From IMG/VR virus record IMGVR_UViG_3300042275_000327, positions 64,001 to 128,000 of that record: 64,000 nucleotides of DNA. One strand, 5' to 3'. The stretch's first letter is position 1. Each line of letters opens with the position of its first letter. Shown here piece by piece: positions 36,644 through 46,564 of the stretch. The position numbers were made by a program, and so were the translations under genes. Source of the DNA: a virus (lineage: Duplodnaviria > Caudoviricetes). The notes below the pieces were generated by a model. It searched no databases. It saw only the letters and a program-made list of their open reading frames with translations, and had not been told where the DNA came from.

Positions 36644-37963
36644 ATGGGTTTGTCAAGAGAAGAACTCTTCAAGAAAGCAAAAGAATTGCGTAAAAAAGAA
36701 AAGGAAGAGAAAAACAGTAGGGATTCTTTTTCAGGTGAGGGATATGAGAATACAGTGTATACATCTCTTCCCACAAATGGAATCAAGATTTTCAGAATTT
36801 ATGGAAATCCTCTAGCAACAAGAATAAAGCCAACTGATCCAAAGTTTTCTTTGATTTCAAATGTTCTTGGTGATAACGGAAAGAAATTTAGATGTGTTTG
36901 GCCTACTAGAGAGGAAAACAAGAACTGGATTCTTTGGAAGATCTATGATTTGGTGATGGACAGTACTTGGGAAAAGAATGAAGGTGATGAAAAAGCTCAT
37001 AGAGTCTACAAGAATGAAAGACTCCATCCTGAATGTTTTAAGAGAGTAGCTAAGAATGATTCAGAAAATCGATTTGAGAAGGGTTGGTACCCAACAAAAT
37101 ATGTAAATCTGAATATCATTGATCGCGCTGATCCAGAATTTCACAAAGAAAAAAAGCATTCAAAATTGCTCTCTAAGAAGGCAGCAGAGATCAGTGAAGG
37201 AAATTTCTGGTATGATCCAGGTATTGCAGAATTTGCTTATAATTGTATTTGGGATGAGGTTGTCGAGTTCTCTGGAATTTGGGATGCTTATGATGTTGGT
37301 CTAAAGAAAGAAACAGACAGTCCTTGGTATCGAGCATTTCACGGAATAGATGATCGTAAGAAGATTGCTCAAATTGATCCTGAAGCTCTAGAACAAGTAG
37401 TTGAAGGTCCAATGACAGAAGAGGAAAAGAACTATGAACTTTATGATCTTGATGCTCTCTTCCCTATTTCTTCTTATACAAAGATCAAGGCAAAGCTTGG
37501 AGATTTCATCAAGAAAATTGATGTTGATTTCAAAAAGAACTTCTATGAAGAATTAGAAGAACTTGCTGAGAAGGAAAAAGAACAATATAAAGAAAGAAAA
37601 GAAAAAGAACAAGCCTCTGAACCTGTTACTAAGAAAGTAGAAAAGGAACGACCAGTAGAAGTAGAAGAGAAGAAGTCAGAAGAACCTCTGAAATCAAGGG
37701 TGGTGTCTGATAGAAAGAAAACTGTTTCTATTGATTGGGATGGTCTTGCTGATGGATCTTTTAATGGAAAGAAATATCTTGGTGTTCCAGAGATGACTGA
37801 TGAAGAAAAGAGTATGGTGCTTTCAGTAAAGGAAGATGGTTCATTTGAATATGTAGAATCTTTCAATGGAGAGAAAATGGATCTTTTGAATAATCCAAAT
37901 TCTGACTTCATCTCACCAGAGCTATTCCATGTGGATCCTCTAAGTGGAGATTTGTTCGAATAA
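36644..37963 (+). CDS. Probable single-stranded DNA-binding protein (gp32-like)
   Basis: Start revised to ATG 36644 after AGGAG; YVNLNIIDR, YDLDAL patterns; charged C-terminal half. Confidence 0.55.
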   Translation: MGLSREELFKKAKELRKKEKEEKNSRDSFSGEGYENTVYTSLPTNGIKIFRIYGNPLATRIKPTDPKFSLISNVLGDNGKKFRCVWPTREENKNWILWKIYDLVMDSTWEKNEGDEKAHRVYKNERLHPECFKRVAKNDSENRFEKGWYPTKYVNLNIIDRADPEFHKEKKHSKLLSKKAAEISEGNFWYDPGIAEFAYNCIWDEVVEFSGIWDAYDVGLKKETDSPWYRAFHGIDDRKKIAQIDPEALEQVVEGPMTEEEKNYELYDLDALFPISSYTKIKAKLGDFIKKIDVDFKKNFYEELEELAEKEKEQYKERKEKEQASEPVTKKVEKERPVEVEEKKSEEPLKSRVVSDRKKTVSIDWDGLADGSFNGKKYLGVPEMTDEEKSMVLSVKEDGSFEYVESFNGEKMDLLNNPNSDFISPELFHVDPLSGDLFE

Positions 37964-37974
37964 AAAGGAGTTCT

Positions 37975-38006
37975 GAAGCTAGAGGAATTTATTTTTCTCT
38001 AGCTTC
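37975..38006 (+). terminator. Hairpin after SSB gene
   Basis: gaagctagag/ctctagcttc 10-bp inverted repeat. Confidence 0.6.
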
Positions 38007-38018
38007 TATATATTGTGT

Positions 38019-38834
38019 ATGGTAGAAGAAAATTCATCTAAGATAGTAAGAGTCTGTACAGCTTGTGGCAAGAAGACATCCTATGGTAGAAAAGAAAAAC
38101 CTAAGGACTGTCCTTTTTGTCATGATCCTTATTGGGATAAACCAAAAGATGAAAGAGAACTTTTCATTCTTCAAGATCAGTTTTTAGAATCAGGAAGAGA
38201 TAAAGAGATCTTAGGAAGAATGTATGAAAGATTTGTAGTTTATGGTGAAAACATCATAAAGAAATATCTCAAGAAGAGTGGAAAACTTCTCCCTGCTCAT
38301 GTACTAACAGAAAAAGCTGAATCAGTTGCTATCAAGTTAGTAGAAAGATATCTAAAACTTCCTGATTCTTTTGTTCAGTATTCTTTTGGAGGAATACTAG
38401 ATAAGATTGTGAAGGGAGTTCTATTTTCTAGTAAGACAAAAAAGGCTGATCAAGAGATCTCTTTAGAAAAAAATATAGAAGAAGATTTTACAATTATGGA
38501 TAATCCAGCCTATTTCATAAAAGATCCTGTTTATAAGAGAGACTTTGAAAGATCTTTTGAACTAGATGCTTATGATGAGTATGCTAAGAAAAGTATCTAT
38601 ACAATCTCTGAGGAGATTTCAGATCTTTTGATGAGTATGAATGATAGAATCAGAATTTCTCAGAAACCAGAGAACTCTATCTATTTTCTATTAGGAATAA
38701 AAAACTTTCTAGATAAAGAAAAGAAAGTGTCAATGGAACAATACTATGATTTATGTTCAATTCAGGACAGACAAAATATTGAGAATGCAAAGATGATATT
38801 TAGAAGATACTTATTGGAGAGGATGAAGATATAA
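38019..38834 (+). CDS. Zn-ribbon protein, possibly a sigma-like late transcription factor
   Basis: CTAC...CPFC; helical region with EISLE reminiscent of sigma regions 2-3. Confidence 0.4.
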   Translation: MVEENSSKIVRVCTACGKKTSYGRKEKPKDCPFCHDPYWDKPKDERELFILQDQFLESGRDKEILGRMYERFVVYGENIIKKYLKKSGKLLPAHVLTEKAESVAIKLVERYLKLPDSFVQYSFGGILDKIVKGVLFSSKTKKADQEISLEKNIEEDFTIMDNPAYFIKDPVYKRDFERSFELDAYDEYAKKSIYTISEEISDLLMSMNDRIRISQKPENSIYFLLGIKNFLDKEKKVSMEQYYDLCSIQDRQNIENAKMIFRRYLLERMKI

Positions 38835-39256
38835 TGTTCAAAAAACCAGCAGAGGTGTGGGAAGATCAGATGAATGAGCTGTTCCTTTCTAAGAGTAAAG
38901 AAGAGAACAATAGAGTGATAGAAGCTCTTTCAATTATTCTAGGAATGAATTATGGAAATAAGAATAAAGATATTATTGATTTATTTAATCTCCTTGGATT
39001 AGATAATTTTGTATCTGTTGTAACTCTTTTTGAAAGAAGAACAGTAACCTTTCCTTCAAAAGAAGAAATAAAAGAATCTATTATCTTTGCTCTTATCTTT
39101 TATTATAGAGAGACAAAAGGTTATTCATGGGAGGAGATAAAAAATATTGTTCCCTTTGAGTTCTCTTCAATCTCATATGCTTTCAAGATAAAGAATCTGA
39201 ATAGCTTCATAATAGACAAACTAAAGGAAACATTGAAGGATACAACTAATGAATGA
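38834..39256 (+). CDS. Mor-like transcription activator
   Basis: LLGLDNFVSVVTLFERRTVTFPS resembles the Mor dimerisation motif, followed by HTH-like GYSWEEI. Confidence 0.5.
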   Translation: MFKKPAEVWEDQMNELFLSKSKEENNRVIEALSIILGMNYGNKNKDIIDLFNLLGLDNFVSVVTLFERRTVTFPSKEEIKESIIFALIFYYRETKGYSWEEIKNIVPFEFSSISYAFKIKNLNSFIIDKLKETLKDTTNE

Positions 39257-39722
39257 CAATAATGATATTACAAGATTCAGCTCAAGTTTGATTAACAAAC
39301 TAGATGAAAAAGAAAAGGACATTAAGGTATTTTCTGAGACAGATCCTATGTACACTCTCAGGAAGGATATTCTTTCCTTCTTTCAGAATATTATGGAATC
39401 TGTTTCTAAGAAAGAGACTCTGAAAGAAAAAATTGAGAGTTCTTTTCTAGAAGATCTTGAATCTGGAGAACTGAGTGTTCAGGATAGAATGAGCCTATAT
39501 AAATTAATATCTACTCAAGCAAATCTTTCAGCAGAATCTGTTCTCTCTATTTTTAAGCCAACTCCTGGTGCTCCTTCTCTTCTTGCAGATAATCTTTCAA
39601 AAGATACAAAAGAAGATCACTTTGATAAGGTCTATGAATCAATGAAGCCAGAAGATTTACAGAAAGTTGATAAGTTAATGAAGCTTCTTCAGATGATGAA
39701 AAAGGACGAAGATGACATTTGA
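39249..39722 (+). CDS. Hypothetical helical protein
   Basis: 157 aa overlapping neighbours. Confidence 0.55.
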   Translation: MNDNNDITRFSSSLINKLDEKEKDIKVFSETDPMYTLRKDILSFFQNIMESVSKKETLKEKIESSFLEDLESGELSVQDRMSLYKLISTQANLSAESVLSIFKPTPGAPSLLADNLSKDTKEDHFDKVYESMKPEDLQKVDKLMKLLQMMKKDEDDI

Positions 39723-40227
39723 TGAGTTCAAAGAATTTTATGAGTCAAAAGGATATCTTCCCAATGATATTGGAAGAAGAAAGAACAGACTGAATGAAAA
39801 ACAGCTAAAGACTAGATTTGAGAAATATCAGAAATCAATAGAGAAAAAAGGATATACTAAAGATATAGAATGGGAAGAATTGAAGAGTCATCTGAATCTG
39901 AATAAGTGCTCTCTTCTAAAGAGACTAGAAGAAGAAGGAATGCTAGAAGAGATTGAAGAGCTCAAGAATAATGCTGATTGGTTGATGAGAACTATTGACC
40001 CTGCTCATATATTTCCAAAAGGAGGATATCCTTATCTTAAATATGATCTAGATAATGTTGTCCCTTTGAATAGATATTCTCATAGTTGTTTAGACACCAT
40101 GAGAGATCCTATTTCTGGAGAGCCAATTGAAAAAGAGAAACATGATTTATTTTGGATGTTTATTGTAGGGATTGAGAAATACAAACAATTAGAAGAAAAA
40201 GTGAGAGAATATGGAAAAACTAGATAA
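39712..40227 (+). CDS. HNH/NinG-like nuclease
   Basis: DPAHIFPK...YDLDNVVPLNRYSH. Confidence 0.6.
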   Translation: MTFDEFKEFYESKGYLPNDIGRRKNRLNEKQLKTRFEKYQKSIEKKGYTKDIEWEELKSHLNLNKCSLLKRLEEEGMLEEIEELKNNADWLMRTIDPAHIFPKGGYPYLKYDLDNVVPLNRYSHSCLDTMRDPISGEPIEKEKHDLFWMFIVGIEKYKQLEEKVREYGKTR

Positions 40228-41347
40228 GACTATCAGAGATTTAAAAAAGAAATACGATTCTGGTGTTATTATGGATCTAAGAAAAAATGAAGCTCCCCCA
40301 AAAGTAGAAAGAGTTCCTGTTGATTCTCCAAAGATAGGAGAACTTCTTGGTTATGGAGGATATGCTAGAGGAAGAGTTATTGTCATATATGGACCCGAAA
40401 GTGGGGGCAAGACTTCTCTTTGTTCTTATATGGCAGGTACTTGTCAGAAAACCACTTTTGAATATATGACTGATGAAGGCGAGTTGAAAGAGCGAAAAGG
40501 TGTTGTTGTATTTATTGATGCTGAGCATTCTTTTGATCCTGAGTTTGCAAAGGTTCATAATTTTGATATCTCACAATGTATTTTAGTACAGCCAGATAAT
40601 GGAGAACAAGCTCTTCATATAGCAATTGAGCTTATTTCTACAGGTGAAGTTGATATGGTAATAATTGATTCTCTTGCAGCTTGTACACCTATTGCAGAAA
40701 TTGAAGCAGATATGGATCAGATGCAGATGGGACTTCAAGCAAGAATGTTTTCTAAATTTTTCAGAAAAGCTATTGCTATTACAGGTCAGACAAAAACAAC
40801 TGTTTTGTGTACTAATCAGATTAGAGATTCTATTGGAATGTATTCTGGTGGACCACAGATGCCAGGAGGAAGAGCAATTAGATTTTATTCTTCAGTTCTA
40901 ATTGAAGTAAAAAGAAAAGATTGGGTGATGGATGGTAATGATCCTTCAGGAATTATTATTGCTGCAAAGTCTATAAAAAACAAAACTGCTCCTCCTATGA
41001 AAAAACATCTTCTAGAGATGTCCTTTACTAAAGGATTTGATTCACATTTGGAATGGATTGATTATGCTATTCAATATGACATTATTCAAAATCCAGGACA
41101 AGGATCTTATATACTCTATAATGGAACCAAAGTAAGAGGAAAAGGAAAAGTGATTGACTTCTACTCTGATCCAGAGAATTCTGAAGAATATGATATAGTT
41201 ATTGCTAAGACAAAAGAAAGAATGTATGCAAAGGCTGGTGTTGCTAGAGTGTCTGTTGATTCAGAAGAGGACGAGAAAGAGGTAAGAGAACTTTTGGATG
41301 GTGAAGATCCTTATGTAGAAGAAAGCCAGGAAGAAGGAGAAAAATAA
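40211..41347 (+). CDS. recA: RecA/UvsX recombinase
   Basis: GPESGGKT, FIDAEH, IIDSLAA, QARMFS, NQIR, PGGRA. Confidence 0.95.
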   Translation: MEKLDKTIRDLKKKYDSGVIMDLRKNEAPPKVERVPVDSPKIGELLGYGGYARGRVIVIYGPESGGKTSLCSYMAGTCQKTTFEYMTDEGELKERKGVVVFIDAEHSFDPEFAKVHNFDISQCILVQPDNGEQALHIAIELISTGEVDMVIIDSLAACTPIAEIEADMDQMQMGLQARMFSKFFRKAIAITGQTKTTVLCTNQIRDSIGMYSGGPQMPGGRAIRFYSSVLIEVKRKDWVMDGNDPSGIIIAAKSIKNKTAPPMKKHLLEMSFTKGFDSHLEWIDYAIQYDIIQNPGQGSYILYNGTKVRGKGKVIDFYSDPENSEEYDIVIAKTKERMYAKAGVARVSVDSEEDEKEVRELLDGEDPYVEESQEEGEK

Positions 41348-41349
41348 AG

Positions 41350-43494
41350 ATGTTTATCAAAAATGTATATATGAAGAATTTTGGAAATGTCCAAGAACAA
41401 AGACTAGACTTCACTGAAGGATTGACTCTCTTCAGTGGAAATAATGGAGAAGGAAAGAGTACTATTCTTCGATGTCTTACTCTTCTTTTATTCAATCAGA
41501 CAACAGGAAAACTCTCTGATTATATAAGATGGGGAACTGATGGATTTGAAATCTCTACTGAATTGACTCATAAGGGACAAGATCTAAAGATCTCTTTTTC
41601 TTATTCAGAAAAGTCTTCTAACAGAGAAGTCAGTGTCCTGAATACATCTGATAAGTATCAGAATTCTGCAGCTTTGGTATATTTGGATGAGCTTTTTGAC
41701 TCTAAGAGAGCTCTCTCTTCTATTGTCTCTTTTGAGAATGAGATTGATCTAATTACAACTTCTCCTTCTGAGAGAAGAGAATACCTAAAAAGAATTTATG
41801 ATCTGAATTTCAAGAACGAATTGAATCAAATCATTTCAGAAAAGAACTCCTCAGAGAAAGAAGTCCAGAAACTTAGTGGGGAGATCTCAGCTTTAGAGTC
41901 AATGACTTTTGAAAGACTTATGCCAGACAGACTTCCATTTTCTAAAGAGGTATATGATCAGAAGCTTTCAAATCTTGAATCAGTTCAGTCTCTAATTTCT
42001 AGTCTCAAACGACAGAAAGAGGATGAAGAATCAAATAAGAAGAAAGTAGAGACTCTTGAATATGATATCTATAAATTAGATAAGAAAATTGAAACACAAA
42101 AAGAAAACATCAGTAACTCTGAAAAGCAAATCATAGATACCAAGAAAAAAGATTCAGAAATTGTTCTTGATATTCCTGCTATAGAAGAAGTCTTTAATGA
42201 AGAAAAAGAAAATCTTCTGAGTGACAAAGAAGTTCTAAAAAGTAAGATAGATTCTTTAAAATCAAAGTTAAGTAATCTTGAAGAACCCAGCTTGGATCTT
42301 GAGTCTCTAGATGTTTCAGGAACTAGAGAAGAAGTTTACAATTTTCAGTATCAGATCAATGATCTTGAGAAACAGATAAAGACATTTGAATCAGGTAAGT
42401 GTCCTACTTGTGGTCATGAAGTAGATAAGTCTTTTTTAGACAACTCTACTAAGAGATTAGAAAATCTAAGGGATTTATGGACAAACAAGAAAAAAGAATT
42501 AGAAGAGAAAGAAGAGCTAAGGTCTTCATATCAAGAATCTCTAAAAGATTATGAAAAAAGGAAGAGAGAGCTAGAATCACAAATAAAAGATTCTATTTCA
42601 ACTCTAGCTTCAATTGAAAAAGATTGTTTACATATTGAAGAAAAGAAGCAGTCAAAGATCAATTTGGAGAAAGCTAACTTTGAACATCTCAAGTCAGTAA
42701 ATCAACAAAAAATTAAAGAAGAAGAGAATAAAATTGTCTCTTATAATGAAGTAATGAATTCCTCTATTGAAGATAGAGACAGACTCTCAGAGGATCTTCA
42801 GAGCTTACAGGAGAAACTCTCATCTTTAAGTAATATAACTACTCAACTAGAAGAACAAAACTCTCTAGAAGTCTCTCTGAGAACTGATATAAAGATGTAT
42901 GATGGTGTTGTATCTTCTAATGAAGAAAAGAAAAAGTTAAATGAGATTCAAAGTAAGAAGGAAGATGAAAGAGATGAGTCTTTAGTAGAAAAGAAAAAAG
43001 AACTTTTACATTCTCAAGAAGATGTCTCTTTAGCTGAATTTTCTTATAAGATTTTATCTAAGGAATTTCCTTCTTTCGTTATTTCTAGGATGATTAGTTC
43101 TCTTACTTTCTATGTGAATGAATTTCTTTCTAAGGTGTATCCTAACTATAATATTGAGATCGTAGAAAGTAAGAATTCATTAAGAGTATTGTATGGACCA
43201 AATAGATCTGATGTGAAGCTAGCTTCTGGGTTTGAACAACAGATCTTCTCTTTTGCTTGGAAATATGCTCTTGGCAAGATTCAAAATTATGGAATTCTAA
43301 TTCTAGATGAGGTCGACTCAGCTGCTTCTGATGAGAATTCAGAAAAGTTCTATTCAACTCTTGCTAAAATGGATAATTGTTTTAAACAAATTTTTGTTGT
43401 TACTCATAAACAAGAAATCAAAGACCTTTTGGCAAATGATTATGATGCTTCAATATATGAGGTTACAAAAGGAAATTATGAAAAGGTAGTGTAG
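41350..43494 (+). CDS. SbcC/Rad50/gp46-like SMC ATPase
   Basis: GNNGEGKST, coiled coil with CPTC zinc hook, ASGFE signature, LDE, VTH. Confidence 0.9.
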   Translation: MFIKNVYMKNFGNVQEQRLDFTEGLTLFSGNNGEGKSTILRCLTLLLFNQTTGKLSDYIRWGTDGFEISTELTHKGQDLKISFSYSEKSSNREVSVLNTSDKYQNSAALVYLDELFDSKRALSSIVSFENEIDLITTSPSERREYLKRIYDLNFKNELNQIISEKNSSEKEVQKLSGEISALESMTFERLMPDRLPFSKEVYDQKLSNLESVQSLISSLKRQKEDEESNKKKVETLEYDIYKLDKKIETQKENISNSEKQIIDTKKKDSEIVLDIPAIEEVFNEEKENLLSDKEVLKSKIDSLKSKLSNLEEPSLDLESLDVSGTREEVYNFQYQINDLEKQIKTFESGKCPTCGHEVDKSFLDNSTKRLENLRDLWTNKKKELEEKEELRSSYQESLKDYEKRKRELESQIKDSISTLASIEKDCLHIEEKKQSKINLEKANFEHLKSVNQQKIKEEENKIVSYNEVMNSSIEDRDRLSEDLQSLQEKLSSLSNITTQLEEQNSLEVSLRTDIKMYDGVVSSNEEKKKLNEIQSKKEDERDESLVEKKKELLHSQEDVSLAEFSYKILSKEFPSFVISRMISSLTFYVNEFLSKVYPNYNIEIVESKNSLRVLYGPNRSDVKLASGFEQQIFSFAWKYALGKIQNYGILILDEVDSAASDENSEKFYSTLAKMDNCFKQIFVVTHKQEIKDLLANDYDASIYEVTKGNYEKVV

Positions 43495-43499
43495 AAGAA

Positions 43500-44003
43500 T
43501 TGAAGAAAATTTGGATTGGGATAGATAATGGAGTCTCAGGCTCTATCGGTTTTGTAGGAGATATTGAAAGTGAATTCTTTCTCACTCCTATAAAGAATGA
43601 GATGTCTTTTCAGAAGTCTAAGAAGAGTAAAATTAATCGAATTGATTTTAAAATACTCTTTGATAAGCTGAAAGAGATAAAAGATTTAGAATGTTCTGTT
43701 CATGCATTCATAGAGAGACCAATGATTAATCCAACCAGATTTCAAGCATCAATCTCTGCTGCAAGATCTCTTGAATCTACTTTGATTATCTTAGAGCTGT
43801 TAGAAATACCTTATGAATATATTGATAGTAAGCAGTGGCAAAAGGTTCTTCTACCTGCAGGAATAAAAGGATCAGAGGAGCAAAAGAAAGCAAGTAAAGA
43901 TATTGGAATAAGATTATTCCCAGAACACAAGACACTAATAGAGAAGCATAAAGATGCTGATGGAATTTTGATAGCTGAATGGGCTCGTAGAGCACAACTA
44001 TAA
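43500..44003 (+). CDS. RuvC-like Holliday junction resolvase
   Basis: IGIDNG..G, IERP, QWQK, DADGILIA. Confidence 0.8.
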   Translation: MKKIWIGIDNGVSGSIGFVGDIESEFFLTPIKNEMSFQKSKKSKINRIDFKILFDKLKEIKDLECSVHAFIERPMINPTRFQASISAARSLESTLIILELLEIPYEYIDSKQWQKVLLPAGIKGSEEQKKASKDIGIRLFPEHKTLIEKHKDADGILIAEWARRAQL

Positions 44004-44027
44004 TAAATTTTTAGATTTGAGGATTGT

Positions 44028-44201
44028 ATGAAAAGACTTGATGATTTGGAATCAGATCGCGAATTAGAAGATTTCTTGTATCTAGAGAGTATCTACAATG
44101 ATGAAGAGGAAGAAGATCTTTTTTCAAGTGACTCTGGATTTCCTGATGAGTTGGATTATGAATTTGATGTTGACGAATATGATGATGGAGAAGACTATTA
44201 A
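44028..44201 (+). CDS. Very acidic 57-aa protein (not in ORF track)
   Basis: GAGGA RBS, ATG 44028, TAA abutting the RNR start; 26 of 57 residues D/E. Confidence 0.65.
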   Translation: MKRLDDLESDRELEDFLYLESIYNDEEEEDLFSSDSGFPDELDYEFDVDEYDDGEDY

Positions 44202-46472
44202 ATGGATTTTAAACAACCAGTTTCTAAAGAGATCTTTTTTAGAAAATATGCTTTGCATGGTGAGAAAACAGTAGAAGAAGTTCTTGAAGGAGTAGCAGAA
44301 GAAATTGCTTCTGTGGAAAAGAATAAAAATTTATGGAAAGAAGTATTCTACGAAGCAATGATTTCAGGAGAATTCATTCCTGCTGGAAGAATTCTAGCAA
44401 ATGCTAGACCTAATTCAAGAATGAAAAATTATAATAATTGTTTTACAATTGATATAGAAGACTCAATGGAAAGCATCTATGATTCTTTAAAAGAAGATGC
44501 TCTTATTGGAAAAGTTGGAGGTGGAGTAGGATTCAATATTTCTAAGCTTCGTCCAAAAGGAGCAGTGATCAGTAAAGGTGGAGAATCTTCTGGTGTAATG
44601 AGTTTTCTTGAAATTTTTGATACCTCTGCAATGTCTATTCATACAGGTGGAGGAAGAAGAGGAGCTCATATTTGTATTCTTAATGTAGACCATCCAGATA
44701 TTGAAGAGTTTATCGAATATAAAAAAGGTAAAGAGAACAATAGGCTGACTCAGTTCAATATTTCTGTTGGAATAACAGATAAGTTCATGCAAGCTGTTGA
44801 GAAAGATGAAGATTGGGATCTTGTTTTTGAAGGAAGAGTATATAAGACAATTAAAGCAAAAGATCTTTATGACAGAATGACCAAACAAGCATGGTGGTAT
44901 AATGAGCCAGGAGCTCTTTTTCTTGATACTGTCGAGAATGAAAACAATGCTCCTCATAGATTTAAACTAGACAGGGTTAACCCTTGCGGGGAAATTGTAA
45001 TGCCAGCTTACAGCCTATGTTGTCTATCTTCTATCAATCTATCTAAATTAGTTGTCAATTCTTTTGAAGACTCATCATCTTTTGATTGGAACAAATTTAA
45101 GAAATTGACTTCTTTAGGAGTAAGATTCCTTGACAATGTTTTGGATGCTACAGAGTACCCTTTAGAAAAGATCGAAAATCTTTCAAAACAATGGAGAAGA
45201 ATTGGACTTGGTATTACAGGTCTTGGTGATGCTCTCATAAAGATGAGAATTAGATATGGAAGTCCTGAAAGTATCTCCTTCATTGACAAGTTAGGAAAAG
45301 TAATGGCAAATGAAGCTTATAAAGCTTCTGTTGAGCTTGCTAAAGAAAAAGGAAGATTTCCTGCATTTGATGAAAAAATTGGAGAATTTGGATTCATTAG
45401 AAAACTTGATGAAGAAATTCAAGAAGACATTCAGAAATATGGACTAAGAAATATTTCCATCCTCACTACTGCCCCCACAGGGACCACAAGTTTCACTCTT
45501 GGTAACAATTGTTCTTCTGGTATAGAGCCAATATTTTCTCTTCAGTATGATAGAACAATCAGACAGGAGGATGACTCTTTAAAGATTGAAACTGTATATG
45601 ATGATGGATGGTTAGAATATCTTGGGTACTGTAAAGATCTCAACTATGAAATTGATCCTGAATCTTTGCCTGATTATATTACTATTTCTCATCAAGTCTC
45701 CATTAAAGAAGGAATTGATGTTCAGTCAGCTTTTCAATATTGGATAGATCATAGCATATCTAAAACAATCAATATGCCTTTTGAGACAACCCTAGAAGAC
45801 TATAAAGATATTTTTATGTATGCTTGGAAAAAAGGATTAAAGGGAGTCACATCCTTCCATGAAGGAGCATCTATGGATGGAATTCTCTCTACTAAGAAAG
45901 AAGAAAAGGATTCTGATCTATGGAGAAAGATTGAGGTTTTAGCCAATTCAAAGAAAAGACCTGAAGTTCTTCCTTGTGATATCTATGAAATGCAAGTGAA
46001 TAAAGAACGTGTTGTTGTTCTAGTTGGAAAAGACAATGAGAACAATGAACCTTATGAGGTATTCCTTACTATTGATAGTGATTCTTTAATTAAGCTAGGA
46101 TCTGCAAAAGAAGGAGAAATTAGGAAGACTAAAAAAGGAAAGTATGATCTTATCATTAAAGGAAAGAAAAGTACTTTTGTGTTGGAGGATATCACTTCTG
46201 TTTTTGATGATGATTATGCTGTAATGTGTAGATTGATGTCACTAGCTATGAGACACCATATCCCTCTTCAATTCATTGTAGACCAACTGAATAAGACTAA
46301 GAGATTTGATACATTCTCAAAGACTATGGCAAGAGTTTTGAAAAAGTATATTGCTGATGGAGAAAAAGTAATTTCTCATTCTGACTCTAAGTGCCCAGAA
46401 TGTGGTGGAGAGTTAGTCTATAAAGAAGGCTGTAAACAGTGTACCAAGTGTTTTTGGTCAAAATGTGGTTAG
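44202..46472 (+). CDS. nrdJ: Ribonucleotide reductase, probably class II (adenosylcobalamin-dependent)
   Basis: PAGRIL, NNCF, NPCGE, APTGT, SISKTIN; C-terminal CPEC..C..C; no beta subunit in window. Confidence 0.85.
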   Translation: MDFKQPVSKEIFFRKYALHGEKTVEEVLEGVAEEIASVEKNKNLWKEVFYEAMISGEFIPAGRILANARPNSRMKNYNNCFTIDIEDSMESIYDSLKEDALIGKVGGGVGFNISKLRPKGAVISKGGESSGVMSFLEIFDTSAMSIHTGGGRRGAHICILNVDHPDIEEFIEYKKGKENNRLTQFNISVGITDKFMQAVEKDEDWDLVFEGRVYKTIKAKDLYDRMTKQAWWYNEPGALFLDTVENENNAPHRFKLDRVNPCGEIVMPAYSLCCLSSINLSKLVVNSFEDSSSFDWNKFKKLTSLGVRFLDNVLDATEYPLEKIENLSKQWRRIGLGITGLGDALIKMRIRYGSPESISFIDKLGKVMANEAYKASVELAKEKGRFPAFDEKIGEFGFIRKLDEEIQEDIQKYGLRNISILTTAPTGTTSFTLGNNCSSGIEPIFSLQYDRTIRQEDDSLKIETVYDDGWLEYLGYCKDLNYEIDPESLPDYITISHQVSIKEGIDVQSAFQYWIDHSISKTINMPFETTLEDYKDIFMYAWKKGLKGVTSFHEGASMDGILSTKKEEKDSDLWRKIEVLANSKKRPEVLPCDIYEMQVNKERVVVLVGKDNENNEPYEVFLTIDSDSLIKLGSAKEGEIRKTKKGKYDLIIKGKKSTFVLEDITSVFDDDYAVMCRLMSLAMRHHIPLQFIVDQLNKTKRFDTFSKTMARVLKKYIADGEKVISHSDSKCPECGGELVYKEGCKQCTKCFWSKCG

Positions 46473-46484
46473 GCTAATGAAAAT

Positions 46485-46535
46485 AAAGAGAATTCTTGTA
46501 TATACTATAAATATGAAAAGACAAGAATTCTCTTT
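46485..46535 (+). promoter_or_regulatory. 15-bp perfect inverted repeat with TATACT in the loop
   Basis: aaagagaattcttgt/acaagaattctcttt flanking TATACT (46501-46506), upstream of the DNA-modification cluster. Confidence 0.65.
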
Positions 46536-46564
46536 TAGTTTTGTTTGTGGTAGGAGAAAATAAA

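Noticed and set aside
26120-46472. Inteins or introns in polymerase, helicase, RecA or RNR
   Set aside because: Lengths and motif spacing are normal; no splice-junction or homing endonuclease signatures seen
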